Source: Trypethelium eluteriae
Taxonomy: Eukaryota
Assembly (NCBI GenBank): GCA_051942245.1
Contig: JAVECL010000244.1
Coordinates: 1-33,264, forward strand
DNA: 33,264 nucleotides
Direction of reading: 5' to 3'
The position numbers and the translations under genes are program-made. The notes under the pieces were generated by a model. That model saw only the letters and a list, made by a program, of their open reading frames with translations. It ran no database searches and was not told the DNA's origin. Positions 11,494-24,585 of this stretch are shown in pieces. Position 1 is the stretch's first letter; every line of letters begins with the position of its first letter.

Positions 11494-14400
11494 TCATTTT
11501 CTTTCTCTCTCTTCTTTAACTTCGGCCAGCAGTTCATCCCAAGACTTACCCAGCCACTTTGAAATGCCCCTGGCGCCCTGTTCATCCCGAATCCTGCCAG
11601 GTTCGCGGATTCCATACCTCCGTCTACCAGGAAGTGGTAATACAATGGGTTCCGGATCCGCTCCGCGAAGAAGTAACAATCTCATCGATTCTGCTGCCTG
11701 AAGAGAAGTGTTCTTGGCTGCGCGATGGAGCGGAGTGAGATATCCCTTGCTGCGTCTGTGGTCCACATTTGCCCCGGAATCAAGTAAGAATTTTGCAAGA
11801 TTGACCGAATACGTAGTTGACACAACGTTTACAAGTGCATCCCCAACATATGTTCTTCCACAGGATCTTGGCAGATCTAACTTCATCCATAAGTGAAGGA
11901 GCATCTCTTCCCTGTTGGACTGTCCCGCAGTTGCACCGATGACAATAGACGAGATGGAAGAAGAGCCTGGCGGAGCTTTACCTAGATGCACTTCTCGAGG
12001 CTTCAAATGCGTCAGCAGTTCCTCAATCATCTCTTCTGAGTCGGCTCTCAGTATTTTTGCAAAACAATGAGATGCAAGAATTTTAGGGCCGTAAAGACTA
12101 TCATCAAAGTTGCTGAAATACCCAGCGATTAGGAATTTGGCAGCCTCCATATTGCTTGCTTGTATGGCACATTCGAGCATTCTCAAGAAGATTTTCTGCA
12201 TGTCATAAGCGCTACTATGCATATGCCAGACTTCTACTGGTGTTATCAGTTTCAGCATTGCAGTTGAACCTGTGGAAGCTGCCAGCACGCAAAGATCATG
12301 CTTGACTTCGATACGAAGCCCCTCGAACCACTCAAGGGATGCCTCAACGGCTTTTGTATTGTCTGCTTTGACCAAGTCGAAGAAGAGTGGTTCTGTCTCG
12401 TCTGGATGGAGCTCACCAAAGGCGACAGACTTGGCTGGTTGACTTTGCGCATGGAATCGATCTAGGTGATCGTCTCGCATTTTTCGCGAAAGGAAGTCCC
12501 CATCTGCAAATTCGCAGCCTGGAAAGGTGCATTTCCACGGCCGACCATGATGTTTCTCATGATCATCTCGGGATAAACGATCCTCGAACCCGTATCGTCG
12601 ATCTGGACAGCTCAAGAAACCACATTTGAAAGGCATAGCGCCATGGTGTTTTTCGATAGTACCACAGTGACAATGCGTCTCGTGTCTTGACGTACGACAC
12701 AAAAGCTGGTCAAGCTGCCGGTATATGCGGATAGAGGTAGAGGATATTGTCAGAGGATCGAGGTTGGTCCACTTGTTGCCTGATGCTTATCAGATAGACG
12801 ACAATAAAACGATGTAAGTTTTTGATGAGGTTCACCTTTGCGCAAGTTAAAATCAGATCCCGAGCGAGCCTTACGGAATTGAGACATCCTGCAAAGCATC
12901 TCATATACCGCCGGCGGATCATGGTCGAGGCAGAACGAGCTTGAGAGGGCGACGGAACTTGCAGCACTATCGTAACCCTCATTTATCCTGCACGCCGAAA
13001 GCAAATCAAGTAAGCTAACGAACTCATTTGGCGGACTATACGATGGCCTGAGGTGAGCAAGTTTCTCAACGAGCTCAAACCATGTCGACGCTGCGAAGTC
13101 ATGAAGCCTATACACCCCAGCAATTGTATTATGTTCTATTTCCTCATCCCACAACTCTGGACCATGATGGGGTTGGCAAAGATAGGCAATGCAAGTCGTC
13201 GCGAGACTGAGAGTAGCTGCAGTACCGTCGATGAAGCCTGTAATTTGGTTATGGAACAGATATCTATCGTGATGCGTCAGTCATGTTGAACATGAATGGT
13301 GGAATGACTGACTCTTTGACTGTGAAGTGCACGAATTGTACAAAACCGCCAACGATCTCTACAATTGGATCACATATCTTGGTGACGTTGAGTTCACTCT
13401 GGACTCTTGAGTCGCCATCTAAGTCTTGCGGATCGATGACAAGAGCTTGCTCCATTTCTTGGATCGTCAAGGCAGTCGGGGAGCACCCGATCCATCCTAG
13501 AAGTTTTCGGGCCTTTTTTTTTAATTTCGGAGGGTGTAAGCTGTTCACTCGTACGAGGATTCTGCCGTATCTAAATAGAATGAGCCTTCACCGGTTTGGA
13601 ATAGCAGAAACATAGCTTACGCATCATCCAATGACTCTGGGAGAACTTGGAGCTCCTGGCGAATCTCACGAACTTCCAATAGCTCAATGTTACTCAAAAT
13701 TATCTTTGCGTATAGGAACATGCCTGTTACGGTAAGCCGCCTTTGTTTTCGCTCTTTGGACTTGCATCATACCCTTTGAAGTAGAAGGAAGAGGTGCTAA
13801 TAAGTTCTTGATCTCCATTTCGGCTTCAGGAAGAAATTTGCGCTCCCGGAACCACACGCGTGTGTGTGCGTCTACGTACGCTTTTATCCCCTCCGCATTT
13901 CGATGGTCGACACGAAGTTTGGTGGCTGTTTCCTCTAATATATTTTCGAGATCCGCTTCCAGTCGGCTACTCACAAGAATCTTTGCATCTTTGCAGCTTC
14001 CTAACGCGCACAGAAGCTGCTTTAAAAACCGACCTCTTTCGACTTCCTCCACTTCGTCCAACCCATCAATGATAAAATAGACCGGACCGGCGCAGGCGGC
14101 AAGGGTTGTCAGAAGACGAGTCGCGCTGTCAATATTGCGCTTGAGGTCTTCGTGGCTTGACTGGGTCAGAACTGCCTGCAAGTCCTCGTGATTGGAAGCA
14201 AGCTGGAATATCAGGGAGTGGATAATCGATAACGCGGTTGTAGTACTGCTCAGAGTATAGCTGAGGAAAGTGAAGACAACGAGCCCGAGAGTTTTTGCTT
14301 TGTCGGTGATCGTGCACGAGAGAAATGTCTTTCCTGCGGCAAAATCCTCATCAGTATACACGAGAAGAGGAGTCACGTATACAGGCTAGAAGTACCAGCT

Positions 14401-15581
14401 CCTGGAATGCCTTGTAACCACAAAACCTTTGTAGATGTCTCTGACAAGTCCAGCCACTTGTTGAAAGTAGTGTCTTCAATTAACCATTTCGCTGCTCCTT
14501 CTGATATCCGGGCTCGGAAACGATACAGTGCATCTCCGTATGTCTTGGGAGAGATGTCTGCTTCAATTGATTTATATTCCTATCGGCGGTGGGATCTCTC
14601 TACACGGTCAAAGTGCTCCAATGCTCGGGCTCTTGCGCTGTGTTCTGCTTGAATATGCTCTAAGCTTACCTTGTTCCTTAAAAGCAATGCGAGCCGAGCG
14701 ATGTGATCGGTGACCACTTTGATCTTTTCTCTATGTCTTGGCCACAGCGATTCGAAGAAGTATTTCCATCCTGTCGCTCTAGTCAGTCTAGAAAATTCGG
14801 TCTGCGAATTACACCTGCGGTGGAAATAAGAAATGTTAGTGTTATTAGACGTGGCCCGGGCCGAGCCTTTAATGTCGGCATGGTTTGGAAGCCCCCTTAG
14901 TACACGCTATTCGAGGTAAGGTAGAGAGCTTAGCACATCGAGCAAGGGTCCATAGAAGATCCTCTAATGCACTAGCCTAAATTTATACAACTTTTGAGGA
15001 CCCCAGTCGCTTTTCATCTTGAGCCTCGATGTGGCCTATTTCATGTTACAGCCTCCGGGTGATAGACAATGAAATGACCACGTACGACTGAGGCTGAAGA
15101 ACTTAAGCGCAATGAGGTAGAAGTCAAGGATATCCTTGAAAAATAAGATCAGAACCTCTTGGATATGCTTGTTATGGTCAAAGAGTTTGGCGACGTCTCG
15201 GAATTCCGGCAGGAGCACTCCGATGTCCGCGATAGTGTTAACCACCGCGTCAAAGGATTGCTTTAGTACACTAGTCCACTGAAGGATAAGTTTTACGGGA
15301 CCCCATATAAGAGCAAGAACGTCTGGCTTCGCCTGCATAAAGACTTCTATCACGTCGGCATAACCCCGGAGGCCTTCCAAAAATGGGCCGATCTTCGACA
15401 AATGACGAAGATGGCCTTTCTTTGCTTGTTCTGCCTGAAGCTTGTCTGTGGCGTCGTAAACCTCATCGATGCTGGCCGATTTTAGGATCTCCTGGTACAG
15501 TTCGTCATCGCCAAGATTGGATCTGAATTCTCGTGAAACACTCTCGAATGCCTGTTGGACCGGATCACAGGCGGCGGCCAT
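11494..15581 (-). pseudogene. NLR-like STAND gene (helical N-terminus, NACHT, winged helix, C2H2-like zinc fingers, ankyrin repeats) with in-frame TAG at 14582-14580. Exons 15581-15086, 14770-14396, 14333-13773, 13723-13621, 13570-13313, 13263-12836, 12779-11494
   Basis: Walker A 'LWLQGIPGAGKTFL' (intron-split), Walker B 'YFIIDGLDE', 'KILVSSR', 'GMFLYAK', 'LPESLDDAYGRIL' and 'FVHFTVKEYL'. C2H2-like 'CTFPGC...H...H' and ankyrin 'GANVD...TPLHRAA...GADP'. Exon 2 has a nonsense codon unless it is spliced out. Confidence 0.75.
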
Positions 15582-15965
15582 GTTCGGTATTAGAACATCT
15601 GCGAAAAGAGCAACACAAGCACTAGCCTGGTCTCGAAAGTCTGGGGAAAACTTTCGATGATGGACATGGCTAATATACTTCTCTTGATGGAGAGCCTGCG
15701 TGCACAGTGCGGTGGCGTAGCCGCAGACTTGCTCAGCCTGGCTACCGGAAAGTGCGCCTTCGGCCCAGATTGCATCTCGCATTGGTTGTGGTTCACGGGG
15801 ACCACAGGTCCCCCCATGCAGTCGTAGGCGGCTATGCTGGCCGCTGCATGGCGTACCGCGAGGCATAAACGAAACCCACGATATCTGAGTGTCGTTTAAA
15901 TACGCATTTGGCCGTCATTCTTGATCGTTTCTTGGCACGTTGAATTTACATAGAGTTAATCTCCA

Positions 15966-18900
15966 ATGACGCTCCCTCCAGAGAGTAAGATCGCCAAAAG
16001 AGCTTTTGAGGGCGAGGCAGACGTATCCGGCCGCCACGCAAAGAGGACCCGCACAGAATCTCTCCACAGTATTTCTGAAAAGGGAAACTTCGTGGAACAA
16101 GTGGAACCCGTTTCGTCGACAAATATCAGATGGCCCTCCTCAACCTCCACCTCAAACTCATCGCGACGATACATTAATGATTCCCCGCTTTGCTTACTGT
16201 CTGATCCCTACGTCAACATCAGTTCAACATTGCAGCCTGGGTTTCACGGAGTCAGCTCCGCTGATCCGGTTTCAGCAGTCATACGACATGCCGAAGCCCT
16301 CATTGAGGATACCCAAGTGATGGATCCTCAAGTTTATCCAGCAATATTTGGGAATGGATCGGCTATAGCAGAAGTGGACGACACAATCGGTGATCCGATG
16401 CGTGTAAGCCCCCTCTTGGCGAGTTCATTTCAATTTTTAATTCCTGATTCCTTCAGCTGGACGATCCTACCGACGCACTCAACACCAACGATGAAAGTGG
16501 CTTCTTCGAATTTTCCAAATTCGACGCATGGCCCGCGGAGTATCCTTTGCCGCCAGTGGTAGGAGACGACTGCCTTTACGAGACGTTGAACACGATAGAC
16601 TCAAGGAATAATTTTACAAGCATGACTTTTGAACCGCAACTTCACTGGTGTAACCCCACGATATCTCATCTTGCAGCTCTTATCCCCGCAGTCACGCCGG
16701 AGGCTACATCTTCCTCAGCGCCTTCGCATGAAGAGCATGAGCTCTGTGCTTCTGCACTGGAATTTATCGAGCAGCCTGTCACTGGTGATCAAGACTCTAC
16801 GGGGAAGTCGACTGTTGTTACCGAGATTAACTGTAATGATCTAACTACAAATCTCGATGCTGACCAGCTAATCCCTTTCTCGGACTCCCTGAACAATCAC
16901 ATTGGTCCATGTCAAGACCAGTATGACGCTTGTTTCGGAGTTGTAAGTTGATGACTTCCTCTCATGTGCGAGGAGGAAAAAACTGACTATCAAAGATCGT
17001 AGCAGATGTCGTGTCTTCGTTCGCCGGCAGCCAGGGAAGCACCTGTGTTCCAGTAACTACCCGTCGATTCGGGGATATGATCAAACTAAACTTTCGAGAA
17101 TCCAACAAGTATGCCGGCATAATTAAGCTGCCAGTTCTAGGAGAAATCCTCGAGGAGTTCAACGTGAAATTTGCCGCAACACTGGTCTCCCTCGTGTCTC
17201 AGCCAGGGAAGTCTCGCAGTAAGAAGAGTATGAGGAATTCGCAAAGGTCACAGGACTGCTCCGCCCGCATTGTCGTTTACGCCCTGCAACGCGAGAAGTC
17301 GGCTGTGAGCAACATCCTATCAGACGCTGGTCTTTATCTTCAGCAACCGACAGCAGCCGAGTGCGACAGAAACATCACGTATGCAAATCCGCATTACTTA
17401 ATACGTCCAGGATCTCAAATGCCGAACCTTGAGGAATACCCAACTTTATCTGAAGACCGGAGTATTCCAGGACCGGAAAGTTTAAACGAAGTGGATAAGG
17501 GTCGGCTTATGCGGATCTTTGACTTCGCCAACGCTGATAATCTCCGTCCAAACATAGCACCTAGCCCTCGCTTGCGATCTTGCCTCAAAGAGTAGGTAGC
17601 GCGTCCAACCCTATTTGTGAAAGACTGACATGTGAAAGCCACCAACTCTCTGCCCTTGTTATGATGATTGAGAAAGAATGTGGCACTATAGAAAATCTCA
17701 TGTTCCCGTCACTCTGGCAATTGAGCACCGATTCTGGTGTGAGTCGAAGGTCAGTCACTAAGAGATTTCAAGCAGGGAAAGCTGGATTCACTCATGAATT
17801 GCATAGATACCGCCATGCGATTACAGGTGCACTCAATACCGATCCCACTCCACTGCGCGGAGGAATACTTGCTGATGTGCGTTTGCTTATCTAAATCCTT
17901 ACAACAATCAGCAAGGCATGCTAAAGGCTTCACAAGGATATGGGCCTTGGAAAGACATTAAGTACCCTAGCTCTGATCTGTTCCTCGATCGACACGCAGA
18001 TCAACCAAAATGGGTCGTCTGCTGATGGCATGAATCTGGGGACACTGATTGTTACCCCAAAATCAAGTAGATGCCCCATACTCCCTATTAACATTTTGAA
18101 GGCGGACACCCACTGACGAATTCAAGCTATACCGGGCTGGAAGCAACAAATTGCAAGGTATACGGATCTTGTAGTAGAGAACTTCAGCGGCTGAATAGCT
18201 CCTAGACATATTTATCCTGGTTGTGTACGGGTAATTGTGTTCCATGGTTCTAGTCGGCAGCGCATGCACCCCGAGCTCAAAGGCGCTGATATCGTCTTAA
18301 CTACGTATGAGACCCTCAGAGTGGAGTGGATGACAAAAGGAGCTCTCTACTCAGAAAAATGGCATCGTCTCGTGTTGGATGAAGGTCGGCTTTAGAATAT
18401 CTTCTATCACTGCAGAGAGTCCGGCTGATTTTCAGCACAGCCCATCGTGTCCGAAGTCGAACCTCTCAGATCTTCAAGGCCGCATGTGCAGTTGTCTCAC
18501 GGTATCGACGGTGCCTAACGGGAACTCCAATACAGAACTCTCTCGATGACTACGGAGCTCTTCTCAGTTTTCTGGGAGTTCCACCCTTTACAGAGAAGTC
18601 TATGTTTGACTTCTGGATTGCATCTCCGCTGACAGCGAAAAGGGTAGGTAGCCTCAAGAGCCTTCAATCTCTAGTGCGGGCTACTTGTCTTCGCCGCACG
18701 AAGAAGATGATCGGCAATACTCTAGAGCTTCCACGGCGCCTCGAAGAGATCGAAAAGGTTGATTTTCATCATGCTGATGAGGAGCTCTATACGTTCTTCA
18801 AAGAGAGCACAGCGAAAGTTGCGAGTGGACTTTCATCGCGAAATCCAGGCAACTCCCCACGTAACTTCTTCCAAGAGAGCAATGTCATCTCGCTCATAAA

Positions 18901-20019
18901 TTTTCTGCGATTGATATGTGACCATGGAAAGAATCTTCTCCCAACTTCTGCTTTGGCAGCCTGGGAGACTAGAGATCGTACGTCTATCGATTGGCGGCTA
19001 ATGCGTAACTCGAGCAACAGATGCGACATTTGCGGTGCGGAAATTGAACCAACCGACTCAGGTCCTAATGCTGCTCCTCATCTCCGACATGGGCAGTTCA
19101 TTTGTGCGAAATGTACCTCCGAGTATCGAGATAGTCCGATTAATGAGGGAAGAGTGGAACGCCCAGACGATGGTCCAGAAGTTGGCCCTGCCCGTAATTC
19201 TAATATCCAGAATCCTACTGGAGCATTTGTTCGACCATCGGCGAAGGTCGAGAGATTATTGCAGAAGTTAGCTACGGAACAAATTCTGAATCGCCATATC
19301 AACTCAGAAACCATTGTCAAAAGGTAGCCCCAAACCCCCAAGGACTACAACGTCATTACAAAATACTAACTGCTCGAAGTGTAATTTTCAGCTACTGGAC
19401 CACAATGCTCAACCTGATCCAACAAGCACTCGAGTCTGAAGGCTTCTGCATCCAACGAATCGACGGCTCGTCAAGCCTCGAACAACGGAGCGAGGCTCTG
19501 CGTCGGTTTAGGGAGGACCCAAAGTGTACGGTGATGCTTGCGAGCATTGGCAGCGCAGGAGAAGGGCACGTCAATTCCAACCGTCGTTGAGATTTAGTTC
19601 AGGCAACTAATGTTGACTTAACTTTAGTATCGACCTCACAGCTGCAAGCCGTGTACACTTGGTTGAGCCCCATTGGAACCCGATGGCTGAGGCACAAGCT
19701 GTGGACCGTGTGCACAGGATCGGACAAACGCGGGAGGTGGTCGTTACAAGATACATTATGCGCAACTCAATTGAAACGGTAAGGCTGGAAAACTGAAAAT
19801 GATATTTCGGATTTTTCTGGACTTTGTTCTAATGGAAATCCAGTATATCCAGTGGGTCCAGCAAGATAAGCTTAGGCTAATCAACCAATCCCTTGACTTT
19901 GACGACGATTCACAACCTCGAATTGACATGGATCGATGGACTGTACGTAATAATGAGTACCGAAGATCTTCAAAGGATGCTAACGCTCAACCCAGAGACT
20001 GCGAGAGTCTTTGCAGTAG
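15966..20019 (+). CDS. SNF2-family (RAD5/RAD16-like) ATPase, 13 exons: 15966-16403, 16457-16942, 16996-17591, 17639-17749, 17807-17876, 17937-18066, 18127-18157, 18206-18384, 18441-19323, 19380-19565, 19628-19778, 19844-19942, 19996-20019
   Basis: GGILADDMGLGKT, LTTYETL, LVLDEAH, CLTGTPIQN, CLRRTK, VIFSYWT, RIDGS, GEGIDLTAAS and EPHWNPMAEAQAVDRVHRIGQ after splicing. Degenerate RING-like 'CDIC...H.QFICAKC' lies between the lobes. Confidence 0.85.
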
Positions 20020-20476
20020 GACAGGAAAGTATGTAGAGTCGGAAGCAGGCTGATTGACGCAAGAAGTCGAAGTTGAGCATATGCCTCGTTCAATGTCCAT
20101 TTCAGGTGTACGAGTTGTCAAACGTGAAGGTAATCTTGTTAGTACACAAGGTGATGTCCCCGTCCTTGGGAGTGCGAAGGCGGTACGAGCCATATAGTGA
20201 CGTTTGCTGCATAATTTCACCAGACATTACCTGGGAGAGATGTCAGACATTCCCTTGACTCATAATATTCAATACTCTTGACATCAGTGGATTTGATTTG
20301 AAGCTTGGTTTCATTGAAGATTTAATGTACAAAATCGCTATGGCCACACCGTTAGCATTGAAGGCCTGCATATGCCTCGGGTTAAATCTATAACTGGCTG
20401 CGTGCCGCTATTACGCAATCAATATGCCTTAGAGGCTTGAAAGTATCCGAGATTTCGCGGCTACGATGATGCCGTT

Positions 20477-22554
20477 TCAGTCGTCGATCAAGATGGCCCC
20501 ATTAGTAGCGGAATCATCCACAAGGACCAAATCATCTAGACCAGCCGCAGGTTCCTCCACAACCTTCCCTCTCTTTTTCGCTTGCTCTTCCTCCAAGTCT
20601 GCCTCGTCTGCTTCGCGCTTCCGCTTCCCGGCGACCCCGGCAACAGCTTCTCCATTGGCACCGTTGATTGTTGTTGGAAGATCTGTGGGTGGTCGGAGTG
20701 GTATTTCGATCTTTTCCGGGACTGATATCGCTTTGGCGTCATCGCTCGGTTCTTTCGCCATTATTGCAAGCACTAGGTTCACTCTTGGGTTTTCCAGTGC
20801 GTCATCAACAATGACGAGAAATTGTCCTTCTGAGACACCCAAATCCTTGAATGTCTTTCCGAGGTTGTCCTCCAATTCTGGGTCGTAGAGAACGCCAGCG
20901 TCGCTGCTCACACTGAATTCTTCTCCATAGCCCAACTGCTCCCTCAGGGCCCCCTCCACGAGATCGTTCAGAGTTGCTTTGCTCGTATCGACTTGAATAC
21001 TTGCCTGTGCAACTCCACAAACGGCGCAATCCGGCTGGGGAGGACGAAGGGTTTCAGAGGAGATGATGCGTTCGGTGGATCTAGTAAGGAAGACCATCCG
21101 GGCTTTTTGTAGGTCTCCTCGAAGAACCTTGAAAGCTTGAAGGACGCAAAGTCCAGCGGTCATGGCATTCGTAGTGGCGATGGCAGGGATAATATTGCCG
21201 GCCATTTCTAAGGCACATTAGTACCTCTTTAAGTGGCGAAGCATCTGAGGAGCTAGTACTCACGCTTAATGTCAAATTTCGATCTTGATTCTATGCCGAA
21301 GATTATAGACCTTAGATTAGCTGCCGCAGCCACAAAGTCCAGGGTATCCTCATCGTCTTTGTCGAAGGTGAGGATAGGTTGTGCATTGCCAAGATCCGCA
21401 TTAGCTCTGGCTTCTTCTAAGCGATCCCCTAGTCGTCGCATGCTATCTGAAAAGACGGCGTAATTTTCGGCAAGTGTCCATGCGGCCTGATCTTGTTGCG
21501 CTATCGTTGGTCCAGTGCCTAAGGATTGCTGGGTTATGGTGTCGAGGTCAAGAGCTTCTGGAGGTCTGCGCGCTTTCCACATGTCTTCCATGCTGCGCAA
21601 TCGCTCAATATCTTCCTTGAATACTTTCTTGAAGACAAGCCGAGGGAAATCTTCAGAACCCATGGACTTCCGCAATCGCTTTAGCGCTTGAGATTCCTCA
21701 CGCAGCTTTGCGATCTCTTCTGCGTTATCGGCGTCCTCGGAATGATCAAGTTCCGGCGCATCGTCCTCACTGGTCCCAAATATCTCGGTGAAAAGATAGC
21801 TCTTTGCCCAGACTATGCAATGTATAGGCTGTGAGGGTGTGCTGCGTATCGTACAAACAGGAAAGGTCTTTGGTGTTTCTTTGACTGTGCAGTCGTAGCA
21901 TTCAGTTTGACCCTGTGAGCTGCTATTAGCGCGCGAATGCCAATGAATTCCTTTGGGTACGAACCCGCTTGATTGGTTGTACCTGGCCGTTGAAGCCAGT
22001 AGTCCCGCTTTCGATAAGTGGTACATCCGCTGCTAAGCACATTCTGTTGACATATCTTCGCGCGTCCAGATTATCGAGGGCGTTGAACACGATCGCGAAG
22101 CTCTTAAACCAATTGAGGCTAAATTGTGGGTCTCGTATATTCGCATGATGGGGATGGATCTGGACGTTGGGGTTGAATTTCGTGGCGGATTCTGCGGCGA
22201 CCTGTAGAAAACCCATCAGCCTGCCGTTCAGACTATAGAATATCTAGCGCAGCGAACTACATACCAAAGCTTTGGACTTCTTGATATGCTCATGTCGGAA
22301 TAAGAATTGCCGGTTCAAGTTGCTGAGATCAATCGTATCCAGGTCGACGACATGGATCTCGCCGAACCCTGTGAGTACCAGATTCTTGAGTAATTCGCAA
22401 CCAATACCGCCAGCTCCGACCATCAGCACGCGTGACTAAATGGTCAGTTTACGTATTGCGATAGCCAAAAAGACACATTTACCTCCTTAACGCGCGCATG
22501 GAGAGAGCCTAGAGACTGGCGCGCATAACGATCTCGTCCCAAAGTCGCGGCCAT
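20477..22554 (-). CDS. UBA2: SUMO-activating enzyme E1 subunit 2. Exons 22554-22483, 22435-22265, 22201-21965, 21912-21264, 21207-20477
   Basis: [42 protein letters not shown], catalytic '[21 protein letters not shown]', [14 protein letters not shown] and a C-terminal SIM-like 'AILIDD'. Confidence 0.95.
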
Positions 22555-22924
22555 GGTTTCCTGGTGAATCGCATCAGGTAAAAAGACGCGACTGAACCAG
22601 GACTGGCGCGCGATGACGTAGCGGAGAAAGAAATGGGATTGACCGGGTGCGAAGATAAATGAGAAGAGTGAGATGTGAGGTCAGTTTGACGTTTCGTGCC
22701 TGGCAGCCTTTGGCGGTTTGATGCAAACACTAAGCCGGGATTCACTGGCGCTAGCAAGTTAAGCTTATATCTGCTTGCTGCGTCACACAGTCCGGAGTAC
22801 GGAGTACATATTAGAGAGAGAGACCCCAAGGTGCATTGCTTACCATTTTCACTGCACCGCAAAGACGTTCGAGCTACCGCAGTACAGATCTCAAGATTAA
22901 TTCTACTGCTTTCAATTTGAAAGC

Positions 22925-24585
22925 ATGGCAGACGATGAGGAAGCAGATCCAGAACTTATTGCGTTGCTCCGCCAGTCTCTTGGTCTTGGGACCTCCTCCC
23001 AGCCAAGACCAGCTGATACAGGCGTACTAGATAGTGCAAGTTATATCTACAACAACAGCATAGACGTCGCTGTCGATATGTTTGGCACAAAAAGAGCCGC
23101 AGCGCATATCTGGCAGAATATGCAGCGTCGTGAATACAGTACGCAGAACTGGTCAGAGCACGAGCTACATCCCAAGACCAAGGATGAAGCAGCCCTGGAT
23201 TTCATTTTTACAATGGACCTTCTGAATTTCTGCTTCTGGAGCGATGATCTCAATAGCAAGTTTACTGTAGAGTACCATGATAAACAATGGACGGGATATT
23301 GGGGCTTAGTCGCCGCTCTCCATAGAGCTCTTGACGAAGGTGAGAATTTCATACTAGCCATTTCCACGACGTAGGCTTATTATCCCTCGATGATAATACA
23401 GGCATACCAATAACTTCGCCATTCTGCTGGTACATGACCAAGAGAAGCTTAATCACCAAAGCCCCTGCAACTGGGGAAAGAGATGAGGTCGACGATGAGG
23501 CTGCAGACGAGACTCCGGAAACACAAAAGGTAGAAGCTAGCGAAGAGTCTGGTGGTCGAGAAGATCAAGATCCCATGGCAGACTCAGACTCAGAGCTGGT
23601 ACAAAAGCTGACCAAACAAGACGGTCTGATGGCAGCTTCGGACGATGGGAAAGAGACGCGACAGGACACGGACAAATCTGAACCAGTTCCGGATACGGTT
23701 CCGCCTTCTCAATCTGTAGAGGCTTCCAAAAGTCCTCAGACTGAGACCGAAGAAGTAGAGGAAGAGGTCCTCATCTCTAAAGAGCTTTTGGCGCACGTTT
23801 TTCGTTCGCAAACTACTGAGTTGCTCCCGCTCTTGGACGAGCGTCTTGAGTGCCTCCATGAGGCCGGCAAGGTATTGCATAAGGTATTTGCCTGTTCTTC
23901 TACCAACCCTGATCCAAAACTTGGCTAATCTTACAGCACTTTGGTGGCTCTATCGCCGAACTCGTTCGCAGAGCCAATGAGTCCACCGCTACCCTCGTGA
24001 ACCTTCTTGTGCAATATTTCCCGTGCTTTCGAGATGAGTCTCGATTTGAGAGGAGACAGGTAAAGTTCTATAAGAGAGCGCAGATTCTTGTAGCAGATCT
24101 CTGGGCCGCGTTTAATGGGGAGCAATTTGGAAAGTTTAGCGACGTTGATAAGTTGACCATGTTTGCAGGTAAGTTCGGAACACATCTCTTTGATTTACAT
24201 TTGGTCGGACTGAGGACTCTGCAGACTATCGGATTCCTCAAATGTTGCATATGCTGGGCTGCTTGTCATACAGCCCTCCTTTGGAGAGTCACGTACGCAG
24301 TTTAAAGCCTCTTGAGTCAGGGCACAGTTGGGAAGTCCAACTTCGCGGTAAGTTTTGCCCTCAAGACTCCGACCTCTCACACTTACTGATCGCAACTCCC
24401 ACGACGTAACAGGCTGCAGCATCTGGTGTATTGAGCAAATTCGGCGTGAAATACTCCGGCAAAACCCGGAGGCAAAAGTAAATGCTGTGCTTATAGATTT
24501 CTTTTTGTATGATACCGTCAAGGAGCTGGAAAGGGACGGGGAGGAAGAGATCCCTCACCATCGCACAAGATGCATCTGGTATTGA
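22925..24585 (+). CDS. QNG1: Queuosine salvage protein / Q-nucleotide N-glycosylase (DUF2419 family). Exons 22925-23339, 23402-23883, 23937-24168, 24225-24347, 24413-24585
   Basis: W.EHELHP, FIFTMDLLNFCFW, WTGYW.LVA.L.RAL, FPCFRD, FYKRAQILVADLW, LTMFADYRIPQ.L, EVQLRG and 'IPHHRTRCIWY*' are DUF2419 signatures. Confidence 0.9.

Noticed and set aside
15582..15866. In-frame upstream extension of the NACHT ORF
   Set aside because: It lies in the divergent promoter and looks non-conserved; ATG 15581 (MAAACDPVQQAF) is the more plausible start.
16404..16562. Apparent frameshift between SNF2 5' ORFs
   Set aside because: Resolved by a canonical 53-nt intron at 16404-16456.
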